From: Eledone cirrhosa
Taxonomy: Eukaryota
Reading direction: 5' to 3'
DNA length: 64,000 nt
Assembly (NCBI GenBank): GCA_964016885.1
Contig: OZ024743.1
Span: 167,710,001 to 167,774,000 of the forward strand
Positions 50,800 to 64,000 of the stretch are shown here, one piece after another (position 1 is the stretch's first letter; each line of letters begins with the position of its first letter). The position numbers and the translations under genes are program-made. The notes under the pieces were generated by a model. It was not told the DNA's origin. It saw only the letters and a list, made by a program, of their open reading frames with translations, and made no database searches.

Positions 50800-51965
50800 T
50801 TTAATATTTTGTTCATAGGATTTAATTACATAAAAGATCATTATTTTGGATCCGGAAGTATATACAAATGTTATACAGGATAAAATGTATGAGAAACTTT
50901 GGAGAAATAACTATTTACAATGTCAAATGTAGGATTAGAACATTTATGATCGTTGTTGAGAAGAAGTTAAAGAAACATTTACTTCCAAGTGATACATTAT
51001 TTTATGGGTGTGTGTGTTTAGGACAATGGGATTGATGAGTTAATATCTGTATACAACAACTACAACGATACGTGATGGGGCCCACCCACAGCCCCGGCGG
51101 ACAGAACGGAGAAGGCGTTTCCCCGGAGGACGGCAAGGGAGACGCGCTGGAAAAGCCACTCCAACTCGCGGGGCTCACACCTGCGGCTGGCCAGCTCAGC
51201 GCCAATGGTGGTGACTAAGTAGGTAGCCCCGGGGCCGAGGACACCAGAAGTCTCCACTGCCAGGGGTACAACCGCAAACCTGTCGGAGAGCGACCGGTAT
51301 TTGAGGAGTTTGGCCCCCTGAGCCCGACGTGCAGCAGAACCTGGGTCAGTCGCACACTGCACCAGGTTGCGGCTGCAGAAAGTGTCGGTGCAAGTGGCAT
51401 CCCAGACGAGGGGTTTGCCACCGCGGAACGGGAAGATGGTCATGCCATCTGGCCTTTTGCCGTCCCCTCGATCCAGCCCCACCGGCTCGAGCTGGGAAGG
51501 GAAGCCTGCAGCGTCCAAGCCATGCTTAATGACCTCATTTCGTTGAGGGCAGCATGGCGTGGAATGCGGCCGGTACTGTGGCGACAGGAAAGCGAGTGGA
51601 GGCCGAAAGAGTCCACGGTGGAACCGCAACAACATTGGTGTGGCTGGCAGATCCGGATGCCGACCCTCAGGGAAATGCCGATGCGCAGGCTATGGTTGTC
51701 TAGCTGCGTGCCAGTGGAGAAGGAGGGCAGGGCATGGAGCCAGGCACCACTGTGGGTTTGAAGGCCGCACGTAAAACAAGAAAGGCGGTGCTGCTCGAGC
51801 TGGCGCGTGAGCCTGTCTGAGGCCAGGCTGCACTGGATGGCATCCCAAGTACGTTAGGGGGATTTGACATCATCAGGGGGAGAAGGAGGAGAAGGAGGAG
51901 AGACGTCTACAGGGCTAAGTCCCAGCCGGTCCCACGTCTCACAGGCGGCTTCACGTTCTCTGAAC
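50800..51965 (-). mobile_element. CRE-clade non-LTR retrotransposon 3' fragment (restriction-like endonuclease), GC-rich
   Basis: ORF 51060-51635: RNEVIK..LEPVGLDRGDGKRPDGMTIFPF..WDATCTDT..LAVETSGVLG..WLFQRVSLAVLRGNA. Upstream is SGAWLHALP..TQLDN..LRIGISLRVG. Confidence 0.88.
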
Positions 51966-52146
51966 ACAGACGGTTCTAAAAATCGAACTTCTTACTCTAG
52001 CATCATAAGTAGATTAGGAAATGCGTTGTATGTATGTGTGTATACAACTGAGTCTATATTCGAGGGAATAATACTTCCTTTAGATTAGTTGAACTGGGAT
52101 TTGTGGAGCCTGTTGGTGCCTTGTTGCTATACGCGCGCGCATATAC

Positions 52147-52147
<1 letters not shown>

Positions 52148-52177
<30 letters not shown>

Positions 52178-52240
52178 TGTATGTATGTATGTATGTATGT
52201 ATGTATGTATGTATGTATGTATGTGTGGATGTATGTATGT
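52148..52240. repeat. (TATG)n microsatellite
   Basis: Seen directly. Confidence 0.95.
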
Positions 52241-52439
52241 TCTTCTGGTTTTATAATTTCACAAAGTTTTACCAATAGAGATAGAGTCGGTTTTTAACAT
52301 AGACACAAGACTCTCTCATTGGAATTTACACAACATCAACTAGTTAGATATGTATGTGTGCATGCATGTGTAGATATGGATGATATTGTATGTGTGGATG
52401 TGGATGTTTTGAGTTGTATGTGTGCATGTGTATATGTTT

Positions 52440-55005
52440 TGTATCTGTACATGTGTATATGCAGTTATTAGATGCAAAATCTTTGGAATTTGGAATGTTT
52501 TACATATTTTTACTGTTCCATTAATGGATTGTACTTGTAATTTCCTAACTAGTTGTGTTCTTTCTGTTCAGCCTAGCTTCTCAAGATGTGTATTGAGGCA
52601 GTTACTAACATATCCCAGTGCCCCAATAATCACAGGCACAAATCTGAAGGTGTAATCAGGGTGGAGTATCTGCAGATTTCCCATCAGTTCTGCATAAATA
52701 TTCTTCTTTTCGCTAATCTTTGATATTATATTAGCTTCTGCTGGGCAGCTCACTTCCACTACTGTGCATGTTTTCTTTTCCCTGACCCATATCATAATAG
52801 CTGGTCTGTTATGCCTGCATTTTATTAGGTTTTTTACTGGAACATTCCACCAGTACTCCTTCATATTATGTACATGGATGTCTTCCACATTGTTGTAGCT
52901 TTTACTGTGTTTATTATCGGGGCTATCTTTTTTACGAACTGCATTGTACAGTGTTTTGGCCACTACATCATGCCTCATAGGTAGATAGTACCGCGATGAC
53001 ATCTTTGGACAGCTGCTTAAGATATGGGTGACATCTTCGATGTTAATTCCACAGAGTCTGCACTTGTTATCACATCTAGGTGTTTTGCCTGCATCCCTAT
53101 ATCTTGTGTGAATCAGGTATTTCGTGTTGGTTTCCTGTTCTTGGATTGCAAAAGCGTATCCTTAAGAGTGGGAGCCAATATGGCGGTTGTTGGTCCAAAA
53201 AAACTACTTTCCTTATCTATATTATGCTCACTCTGGAGCTTCCTGGCAACATATCCATGCATGATTTTTTGCTGATAAGCATGTAGTTTTTCATCCATGG
53301 ATTCACTGCGATACTGCTGAGCGACTTCCCTGAATGTGAGTTTTTGATTATCACACAGGAAATATCTCTCGAGGAGTTCCTTCCCAACTCTCATGATCTT
53401 ATCTATTTAATGCAGATAGACTTGCTCGAGAGACGGGTTCCTACGCTTTGAGGTTCGTAGATGTCGGGGGGATATGATGCGACATTCAAATGCTGTCTGG
53501 TCTGATGTTAGGCCTCTGCCTCCCTGCTTACGTTTCAAGTAAAAGCGGTCTATGTCACTGTTCAAGTAAAGGCGGTCTATGTCACCGGAAGTTTCCGGGT
53601 TGTTTAGTATTTCATCTATCGTCCAATTGAGTATTCCAAACGTTGGTGTTAGGACAACAAACACATTGTGTGCCACTGTTTTCTTTTGCGCAGGGAGTTC
53701 TGATGACCAAATCTTACTTAATCGGGTGTAGTATTCCCTGGTTACGCCCTCCGTCATATATGAGCATTTATATTGGACAAACACCATTCCTATATCCTTT
53801 GAGAACATTATAACCAGGTCAAGATTTTTCTTCATCCCATCCATGTTCTTGGCATAGAGTTTCAGATCATCCACAAAGAAACTATGGGTTAGGTTCGTAT
53901 TCTGTCCTCCTGTGAACCAATGATGTATCCTTCACATTTCTTGAGCAGAAAGGAGAACGTGTTAAATGACAGGATGAATAATATCACAGAGAGACTGTCT
54001 CCCTGAAATATACCCCTGCAATATTTTATTTTATCAGTGAAAATAGAGTCCTCCTTCTCTGTCTTTAACCTTAGGATAATAGCCCAAGAAGAAGACAGCT
54101 TCTCTATGGCTCTGATAATAATGTCTGGGACTTTAGCAAGTTGGAGGGCCTCTATCATCCAAGAGTGGGGAACAGAATCGAAAGCTTTCCTGTAGTCCAG
54201 CCAGACTGTAGCCATATTCCTCCTAAGTTGTCGCACCTCCGACATCGCAGTTTTGTTGATTAGGAGTTGTTCAGCACATCCCCAAACCCCTTTCTTTCCA
54301 GCTGCTTGTTCATCTGAGATGATGCTATTATTTTCACAATGAAGGGCGGTGGATTGGCAGTATCAGTAGAGGGTCGGACGCCATGCTTTCCAGCATAATT
54401 ACGTCCCTTTACGATCTGAGTTCAAATCCCGCCGAGGTTGACTTTGCCTTTTATCCTTACGGGGTCAATAAAATAAAGTACCAGTAATGCACTGGGTAAT
54501 TGCTGACCTTGTGCCTAAAGTAGAGGCAATTATTTTCACAGTGATCTTGGAGGAATAGGTTCAGGCAGGCTGTATACATCTTTTACATCAGATTCTGGCA
54601 TGCAATGGGTCGATAGTTTTTTGCCAAGTGGGTGTCTTTGTTCTTGGGGACCAGTAATGTTTGTGCTAATGTCAACCATTCTGGTATAAGTGTATCTCCC
54701 TTAAGAATTTGTTGGTAGAGGTCAGTAAAATACCTCCGATAGAATATCAGTTTTTGTGCCAGTAGCGGACAATCATGTCTCTTCCTGGTGTTTTCTTATC
54801 TTGGAGTTTTCCTATCACAGTCTCAAGGCTACCCTCACTTATTTCGAATGTTTTTGTTGAAGTGTAGGAGCAATAGTTATTTCGGATTTCTTTTAGCCAC
54901 ACTGCATTTTGCTTGAAATTCTTCTTTTCACCCCACATTTTTCTCCAAAAGGAATCTATGTCTTCCTGGAATGGGGCCCCAGTGACACTTATTATTTTGC
55001 CCTTT
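52440..55005 (-). mobile_element. R4/Dong-clade LINE (RT + CCHC + RLE), 5'-truncated and decayed
   Basis: NYRPIAC, WLDYRKAFDSVPHSW, GIFQGDSLS, FVDDLKLYA, GGRGL, RHDVVAK, HNRPAIMIW..VEVSCP, PVIIGALG. Confidence 0.92.
54344..54528 (+). mobile_element. Full-length Meta-SINE inserted in the R4 element, 16-bp TSD
   Basis: TSD ATTATTTTCACARTGA at 54327-54342 and 54529-54544. Confidence 0.93.
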
Positions 55006-56094
55006 ATGTATGTATGTATGTATGTGAGCTTATAAATCGGACAACACACGGTGTGGGGCAAGTTTTGATTAATTTTTGTATTCTGAAACATCAAAATACA
55101 ACAAAATATTTGCTCACTAGACTCGAGAAGTTCTGGAAGTTAATCAAATATTTTCATATATTTTCTCAGAGCAATCTTTATTTACATTTTACATTTTACA
55201 TTTACTTACATCGTTATAACATGGCTAAAATTCAAATTTTCAAACGAGAAGAAAACGGACAAATGAACTAGATACATCTCACTGCCTCCCACCACCACAA
55301 TAACGTCTACCGCGCCCCATGATATTTACATTTACACAAGTCATTACCCCATCTAGACTAAAGTCACTGACCTGTTTCCAAACTCCCTACTCTGTGTTGA
55401 ATGTGTGTGTGTATATATATATGTATGTGTATATATATATCACTCAGTAAAAACGACCAAATTTCAACCCCAACATCTACAACAACAACAACAACAACAA
55501 CAACCCCGGCACCAATGTCTACAGCAACAACAGCATCAGAATGAAATGAACACCAACATCAAGAGCAACAGCACCAACATTTACAACAACTGCGGCATCA
55601 AACGATAAAATAAAAAAAATAAAAAACAAACAACAACGTCAACTGCCACCTCCATCATCACCACCATCCACCATCACCATCACCATCACCAGCGATCGGG
55701 CCTTTGTGTGTGCGTGTGTGAGTGAGTGTGTGTGGGATGTGTGTGTGGATGTGTGTGTGTGTGTGTCGTACGTATGCGTGTCAATAAGTGAGTTTTTTTT
55801 TAATACGCGGGGACAGAAATAATCGGGCTGGATACCCAATCGCGCAGTTAAACCACTGGGGGTGAAGAACCCCTAGCCCTTGACAGGGCATTCTTTTAGG
55901 AGAAGGCATCTCAGGAAATTGGATTAACTCCGACATAAAACATGTGGCTCAGTAGTTACCGGTGATGTTGATCTTTTCTTCTTTTCGGGTTATAGCTACT
56001 GTCGCTCAGAGAGTGGGATTGGCTCAGTGCACAGTCTTTCCCCACTTAAAAAAATATTCTTCACGCACTTCTTGCACGATTGCATTAATTGATA

Positions 56095-59000
56095 ATTATT
56101 AATAGTGTTATTATTTGTGTTCTTTGAGTCTCAACCATTGATGTTATTTAACTGGAAAGTTTGTTGAAATGAATATCAAGCCGTTACCTGCAGCCTCAGA
56201 TATTCAGGACGTATCGGAGGGTTCTTGCTGATCCCAGCAAGCATGACTTTTGAAGTGTTCCAAAAAGCGGGGCTGGACTAATCTTCTTTAACCATCCTTG
56301 GAAACTCTTTGAGATTGTACCTAGTGCGCCTATGACAATCGGGACGACGTTGATTTCATGGCAGTTCCAAATCCTTTTTAACTCCCACTTTATGTCCTGG
56401 TATCAGTTAATTTTCTCCCTCTCCTTTTCTTGCACTCTCGTGTCAAATGGGCAGGCTATATCTACAATCAGGCACAATCTTTTTCCTTGTCCAAAACCAC
56501 CAGGTCAGGCCTATTGTGTTCTAATTTCTTGTCCGTCTGTATCCTAAAACCCCATAGCACCTTCACCTGATCGTTTTCTATTACCGACTCTGTGGTAAAT
56601 TGTTTACTTTGCATAGATGCCAGTGGATCACCCTGCCTATCACATCATGTCTCCAGCCTTTATAGTGAGTCTGGGCTAGGTGTGTACACTCGGATACAAT
56701 GTGAGCCACAGTCTACTCTCTCTCTCCACAGATCCTATATAGTGAGCTAGTCTCCTCCTTGTCAATATGGTGTTTCACCCACTTCGTTCTGAGGGCTTGC
56801 TCTTGCGCACCAATTAGCATTCCTTCTGTAGCTTTGTTAAAGTCTGATAAGATCTCTTCCACCTTCAGATCTCTTTAAGTAGAGTCTATTGACATCACTC
56901 CTCTTGTGGAACATGTTGTAGATAGTCAACAGCTTCCTAGTCTTCCTATCCATTTCTTTTTGTTCAACAACATTCCATTTCAGAATTTCCGCAGTGTACC
57001 TAATAATAACACAGCTACTATTTAGATGTGATTTTAATACGCTCCTTACTCTACTTATGTATTCAGATCTTATCAACTCCTTCATTGTTTTGTTCTTGAT
57101 GTCATCTGCCTCCAGAACACCTAAATATTTGTATCCCTATTCAGTGTCAATTTCCTTTATCATTTCACCTGTTGGTACCTGGATTCCGTTGCTTCTGCTC
57201 AATTTACCCCTCTTCATCACAAGGATTCCACACTTATTAATACCAAATTCCATACATATATTATTGCTGAAAATACGGACAGTGTCAACAAGTACATCCA
57301 ACTCCTTCTCACTCTTCCCAAAGAGTTTAAGATCGTCTATGAAGAGGAGGTGGTTGATGGTAAACTCTCCTTTTCCCAACTTGTATCCTGCTCTCACTTT
57401 TCGCAATATAACGGTCAGGGGCATCAGGGCAAGGACAAACAGCAGAGGGGACAAACTATCTCCCTGAAAGATACCTCTTTTGATCTTCACGGCTCCCAAG
57501 GATTCTCCAGCTGATGTTAACTCTGTTTCCCAGGACTTCATACTTTTGCTCAACAACTGTCTGATATTATCTGCTACCTTGAGGACCTCTAGGCTTTTGG
57601 TTATCCAACAATGAGGTACCATGTCGAATGCCTTTTTGTAATCTATCCATCCCATGGAAAGACCAGTGTGCCTCCTCTTGCAATTCCTCATTACCATCTT
57701 ATCAATAAGTAACTGGTCTTTTGTACCACGGAACTTCTTTGGGCATCCTTTCTGTTCTTCCGGTAACAAGTTGTTTATGTGGAGGTGATGGTAGATTTCC
57801 TCAGACACAATGCTTGTTAACAGTTTCCACATTACAGACAGACATGTGATAGGCCTATAGTTGGTAACATCATTACCCTTCATTCGGTCTTTCATTACCA
57901 GAACTGTGGTACCTTTTGTCAACCACTCTGGTACTTCACCCGACATCACGCAGTCATTGAACATGGTTGTCAGTTTCGGGTGGAGGATGTAATATTGTTA
58001 ATCCAATACCCTTGCACACCATCTGGGCCTGTTGATTTCCAGTTGGTTAGATTTTTGTCATGCCCTTTAAGAGTTTCAACTGTGATACTCAAATCAGGTT
58101 GTTGGTGTGATTGTTCACTAATCTCCTTTTGAACTGTCTCAATCCACACTGCCTGACTATTATGTTCAACATCCTGCTCCCATATTCCTCTCCAGAATGT
58201 CTTAGTCTGTTCCGCCTCAAGGATCACGTCGTTGCCTCTTTCTTTCCCTTCAAGATGTCCAAACAAGATCTTCTGGTTGTTGCCAAACATGCAGTTCTGT
58301 CTATACTGACTGACTCTGTTCTCATACCGCCTAATTTTTGCACTTTTTGCTACAATGCGTTGCTTCAGTGCCTCTATGATAATATTTAGCTTTTACCCCA
58401 TAGTTTTGTATTTTAATTCCAATCTATCTTTAGTGTCTATGTTTTGTAATGTCCCATTCAGTAAGGAACCAAGCTTTCCAATGTCTTTTCTCATTTTCTT
58501 GATTTGACCATTCAGTCGTTTGTTCCACCACGGTTCTGATATTTCTTGTTTGTTTTTTCCTCTCGCTTTTATGCCAAGTAATTTCCTCACCGCATTTGCG
58601 GTTGCTTTGAGGATATTGTTGCATTGGTGAAGGTTCCTCGCCTGACTTTGTTTTCCTGTCTACAAATCTCAGGTTCATAGGTTTTCCACTATCATTGTTC
58701 ATTTCATCTACCACTAAGTTCAGGATATCAACCAAATCTTGTCCTAGCTCGTCAGCATTCATTTCCTCAATGGCCGTATCTTTGTCCCAGATGTTATTTA
58801 TTTCAGCATTCAGATCATTGTCTGCTTCGTATGCTTCCTCAGGTCTCTCAACCACTTCACCTTCATTCGCCACTGGCTCGTTTGCCTGAAATACTCCACT
58901 CTCCATTTCCAACTTAATCTCTCTGTTCAGTTCCTCCAGTTCCAACTCGCTTATCCATCCATTAGTTCTTATTACCCGAGCCTGTCCGGCCAATTTTTGT

Positions 59001-59338
59001 TCATGTAATTTAAATATACCAATCTCGTTTCAGATGTTATGCATCCGTTTCCTATAGCCTTTTTCCATGGGGTTACTCTTCAGGTAACATTTCATGACAG
59101 TTCTATTCAATTCTTTCGTCCAGTTGGTTCTTGTCCCTTTCCTTCTTCTTCCTCCAGCACCAGTAGTATTTGGATGACAGCTAGGTCCCTGCTGCTGGGC
59201 CAGGGAGCACATTCACATGACGTTCCAGTCTCCTTTTCACCGATATTCGAATTGTTTAAACACTCATATCGAGGATTGGTGAATGTATGGTTACATAACC
59301 CCCAGTGATTTTAGCGTGGCACCATCACGCTGTAGACG
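56095..59338 (-). mobile_element. Near-full-length R4/Dong-clade LINE (second family), decayed
   Basis: WTKELNRTVMKCY, WKSTGPDGVQGYW, NYRPITCL, GTKDQLLIDK, WIDYKKAFDMVPH, GIFQGDSLSPLLF, FIDDLKLF, HNRPDLVV..VDIACPFD, PIVIGALG; (TAAA)n 5' flank. Confidence 0.93.
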
Positions 59339-59645
59339 AAAATAAATAAATAAACAAATAAATAAATAAAAACATAAAAAAATAAATATATTTCATTGTA
59401 ATGTTTGGATGTCTGACTTAGTTTTTTTTTTTTTGTTTTTTTGTTTTTCAAGGCCAGTAACATCGGTTACTTGTGTTGATGTTGCTTCTGCTGCTGTTTT
59501 TGATTTTAGCTACGCTAAGCTCGTAGTCATAGCAACGAGGGAGGTAGGGGATGTTGCGTCCAAAACTTTTGAAATATGTTTTTCTTTTGATGTTGCGTTT
59601 GTCTTTGTGTGTGTTCTGTTCTGTAATTTTTCGACTTATTGCTTA

Positions 59646-59822
59646 TGGCAGTATTGGTAGAGGGTCGGACGTCATGCTTTGACGCATAGAGTTACGGCCC
59701 TTGCTATTCTGAGTTCAAATCCCGCCGAGGTTAACTTTGCCTTTCATCCTTACGGAGTCGATGAAATAAAGTACCAGTAATACACTGGGTTTATTGCTGG
59801 CCTTGTGCCAAAAGTAGAAACA

Positions 59823-59894
<72 letters not shown>

Positions 59895-60168
59895 GTTATT
59901 ATTATTATCGATAAAATAAAGTACCAGTAATACGCTGGGTAATTGCTGGCCTTGTGCCAAAGGTAGAAACAATTATTATTATTATTATCGGTAGAGGGTC
60001 GGACGCCATGCTTTGACGCATTGAGCTAAGGCCCTTGCCATTCTGAGTTCAAATCCCGCTGAGGTTAACTTTGCCTTTCATCCTTACGGGGTCGATAAAA
60101 GAAAGTACCAGTAATGCACTGGGTAATTGCTGGCCTTGTGCCTAAAGTAGAAACAATTATTATTATTA
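59646..60168 (+). mobile_element. Head-to-tail cluster of three Meta-SINE copies or fragments separated by (ATT)n
   Basis: SINE 59646-59822, (ATT)n to 59907, 3' fragment 59908-59971, (ATT)n, SINE 59987-60155, (ATT)n. Confidence 0.92.
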
Positions 60169-60767
60169 TGGTTGAAGGAGGCTCGGCTCTGTAAGGTATT
60201 GTAATTTTTAACCGTTATAACAATTGTAAATTGTTTAAAACTTGAACCAAATTGTAGATAAAGACACCCTCCTACTCGTGAGAGGGGTCTTTCTGCTCGT
60301 TATTTGGCCCTTCGGGGTTAAATAACGAGTTATCGGGGATTTGTGCCCAATATTCATTTTAAACCGTAAATAAACATGGCTACAAAAAAGAATTTCCACA
60401 AGTCACTCCCATTCCTTCCGTCTTCTTCTTCCCCAATCATCATTACGTCAGAGAAAAGATTGTCTCTCTCCCTCCCTTCTCTAAATGCGGTGTCGCCTCT
60501 GTCGCCTCTTTCGCAAGCGACGTCATTAAAGAAAAAGAAAAATGTAGTTTCTCGTAGCGTTCTTCATCAAGAGAAAGCACGTACCGTGGAACATTTCTCC
60601 ACGGCGACGACAACAAAGAAAGATGTGTGCGGTAAATACGGAAAGCCATTTCATTCGTCTGACGTCATGAAGAATAGCAACAGCAGCAACAGTAGCAAGG
60701 AAAATACTAGTAGCAGCCACAACAGCATCAGCAGCAGCATAAACAACAACATCAGCAGCAGCATAAA

Positions 60768-60799
<32 letters not shown>

Positions 60800-60806
60800 A
60801 CAACAA

Positions 60807-60837
<31 letters not shown>

Positions 60838-63800
60838 AACAACAACAACAGCAACAGCGGCGGCGGCGGTCGTAGTACCAGCAGCAACAACAAAAGTAAC
60901 AGCAGCTCTGACGACAACAACAACAAGAAAGAAAAACCAATCTCGTTTCCAGGTATCGCAAAGAACCTGGAAACCATCTTTATAACAAATGAGGAATTAC
61001 AGGAAGCATGGAAGATGGTGACGAAAACCGGACACCGAGCAATCTGCAAGGCAGCCGAAGAATTTTTCGAAACCCAACAGCACTGTACGGTCACGTACCG
61101 TACAGTAAGCACAAAATCACGTAGGGTTGAAAGAGCCACAGAGGCTCAAATACAAAAAGCCTTAGGGTCTGTGTGGCAGCGGAAAACGCATATCACCTGA
61201 GGCAAGAAATATGCCACCGTGGACGTGCTTTTTGCCACATCCCAGGAGGCAAGGCCTCAATCCTTAGTAACCCTAAAGAGCGAGGAATGGTGTTGGTGCC
61301 CTCCTACAGTGGGCAAAAAATTGTGAGGGTCAAACTGACCCCCCCCCTCGGGATGGCCCCTTCTTGGCTGGCCGCGTCTGTCCTCGTCGGAATCGAGGAC
61401 AAAACAACCGCACTGCTCGTGCAGAAAAAATTACGAGAAGATTGGCTCGGCGCTTCCATTGACATGTTAATTCAAACCAACCAGGAGTGCATCGATGCTA
61501 TCCCGGATGTGATAGACTTCGATAACGGCACTCAACTTCCCATATGTGTTGAGGGCAAACGCCCCAAATGCTTTCGCTGCAATGAGAAGACCCTGAGAAA
61601 GAAGTAAACACCCCTCCTTCCGAAACCGGTTCCATTACTACCAGCAACAGGACAGGCGGCAAGCAGGAAGGATAGGTCCGTGGCACCCATACCCACGCCA
61701 CGGAAATCAAGAACAGCAGCAGCAGTGGAAGTATGAACAACAACAGTAATACCAACTGCAGCTGCAACAGAGACTCCACTGCAACCATCACCAACAAGAA
61801 CAAGTGAAAGAGTGGAGCTGGTACCCCGCCCCGACCTCACAGAATCGGCCATGGAGTGTGAGGTGGGAGAGGGATGGCAAAAGGTCGCAAGAAGGCACAA
61901 ACGCAGAAGCAGCGCATCGTCACCTTCGAAAAGGGAGGGAAGAAATGAAAAACGGGTGAAGGCTACTGCAAAGAGATTTACAGCAGCAGCGCCACCAACA
62001 CCCTCACCACCCACACTAGCACTACCATCACCACCGACGGAAACCCCACCGCGAACAAGAACAACACCTTCAACAACACCACCACAAGCACCAACATCGC
62101 AAATACAACAAAAAAACACACACACCCAGCAACAATGACAAGAAAATAGCAGAACCACATCCCACCCCCAGAAAAAGAAATGCACAGCAATAAATGCACA
62201 CAACAAGAAACTAATGACTTGCATAATTGAACACAGATATTTCATAGCACGACTACATAATACCAGCACCAATGAAAACACCAACGAACATAAGACTGGT
62301 AAGATTATCACAGAAACAATACACAAACATTAAAATGAAATTCCCCAACGCAGTTGGTGATTTCAGAGACCTAGGAGGGACACTCAGCCGGAGAGTATAC
62401 TCGGATATACTCACAGAAGAGCCGACGACCAGCCGAAGGACGATTCAACGGTCCCTTCACCAGACAATCAAGGTAAGTAATCCTTTCTCACTTGCCCCGT
62501 ACCTCACCCAACATGGCCGTATTCATGATCGCAAGTGTAAACGTGCGTGGGTTGAGGTCGGTTTGGAAGCAGGGTCACTTGCTTAACGACCTCAGGTCAC
62601 TAAACATAGATGTAGTGGCCATCAGCGAGACGAGAATCTCCGAAACGCAAGCTTTCGCACCGATCTTCGACGGTTACGAGGTGTTGTTTCGGAAAGGCTT
62701 GGGTCTCGCTATACCGACCATCTTCCTGGACCCAGAAGGTAAGTCGGTGGTGCTGGACGTAAGCGGCACCGAAGGCAACGCTTTCAGGCTAGTAGCCGTC
62801 TATGCCCCGACAGGGACAGGACGGCCAGATTTCTTCAGACGTCTAGAGACCTTTCTTGGAACGTCCCGCTCTTTAGTGTTAGTGCGCGACTGGAACGGTA
62901 TCTTGGATGCACGCTGGGATTGTGTGGGGCTAGTGGATAGGGGAGGAGGGTGCAAGAGCCTCACCAACCTGCTCAGACGTTTTGAACTGTCTGACAGGTA
63001 TCGACTAGATCACCTGAATGTGCCAATGTGGACATGGACAAAGCCCATCGGGTCATAGAGATCGTATCTCGATAGGGTATTCTGCAGAGAACTAGATAAG
63101 GCTAGTATAAGTTGTCCACAATTTAAAATAGTCAACTACACAGACCATAAATTTGTGATCTGTGAGATCGACATAGACAGACTTCATAGACAAGGACCCG
63201 GTTACTGGAAGCTGAACGCATCTTTCCCGGCGCGCAAAGCCAGCAGAAACCGGATTAGCGGATTAGTTAAGCGGGAGTTGACGGGAGCGGTCGTCAACAA
63301 CAGGTGGTGGTTCGGCCTGAAAAGGGCTATTAAAGTAGAGTCGATTAGGTTTGGCAAAGGAATAGTGATAGAGGAAAATAGAGTAGAGGGAGAGCTAGTC
63401 TGAAAGCTAGAAGAGGTGTTTAGGACAGGCATCTCAACCGACGTGTTTGGGGCGAGATTGGCACTCGACCAATTCTTCAACGCAAAACACTAATGCTGCG
63501 TTGTCAGAGCTTGAGCGCGTGCTCTGAAACACGAGGGGACACAAGCCGTCCTATGGGTCCGGGTGGAAGAGGCGCGACGTGGCAACAAAGCTACAATTCG
63601 GTCTTTATCTGACCAACACAGGCGCGTGTTGCTCGAATCCGAGCAGATGTGTGAAGCTTTTCAGCAGCACTTTGCTGAACTGTTCGTGAGCGGCGGTGGG
63701 CCGGATCGGGGTATGGACTTCAGTGCATACCTCGACGGACTGCCTCGGCGCTCGACGACCACAGCACAGTGTTGCCAAAAGCCAATAACGGCCGGTGAAA

Positions 63801-64000
63801 TACGGGAAGCAATGTCTAACTGCACGAGGGGTAAATCGTTTGGATGGTCTGCCCTACGAGCTTATGCATTTATGCCAGACTTGTTCGGTGACATCTTGGC
63901 CGACGTCTACTGCAACTGACACCAGAACGGGAGCATTCCCATTTTGTGAGCCGGGGAGCGGTGACGCTGCTGAAAAAAGACCCGAATAAAGGGGATGTTA
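60169..64000 (+). mobile_element. L1/Tx1-type LINE from its 5' end: ORF1 (about 60376-62480) and start of ORF2 (62512 onward), decayed, running off the window
   Basis: ORF1 has an S/N low-complexity tract, KSRRVERATEAQIQKALG and CFRCNEK. ORF2 has SVNVRGL, AISET, TDHK and GPGYWKLN. It begins directly after (ATT)n. Confidence 0.93.

Noticed and set aside
55800-56090. Possible RTE-related SINE or UTR fragment
   Set aside because: Resemblance from memory only; no second copy or diagnostic motif in the window.
60651-62326. Hydrophobic poly-L/V/C ORFs on the strand opposite Tx1 ORF1 (also 2272-2870 and 40622-42261)
   Set aside because: Antisense reading of CAA/CAG-rich ORF1 low-complexity tracts.

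Overview
AT-rich, microsatellite-dense animal genomic DNA, most likely a cephalopod such as Octopus (inferred from SINE types and repeat landscape, not verified). No intact host gene was found. The window is almost entirely decayed transposable elements. These include RTE LINEs, four L1/Tx1-type LINEs plus a 3' fragment, two R4/Dong-type RLE LINEs, a GC-rich CRE-type fragment, several Penelope-like elements (PLEs), Helitron pieces (one with both termini), a Tc1/mariner remnant and about 10 copies of one tRNA-derived Meta-domain SINE. Four things stand out. (1) Elements with no recognisable RT or endonuclease are bounded by direct or inverted repeats carrying hammerhead-ribozyme folds (17951-20863, 26711-28332), and several variant-core hammerhead-like motifs are scattered through the window. 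(2) There is an apparent Tx1-LINE/SINE partnership, with a shared 3' tail, TSDs starting with ATT and head-to-tail chains in (ATT)n. (3) A Tx1 derivative retains only ORF1 (HAL1-like). (4) An RTE ORF ends in three C2H2 zinc fingers. All family calls rest on motif recognition by eye; no searches were run.
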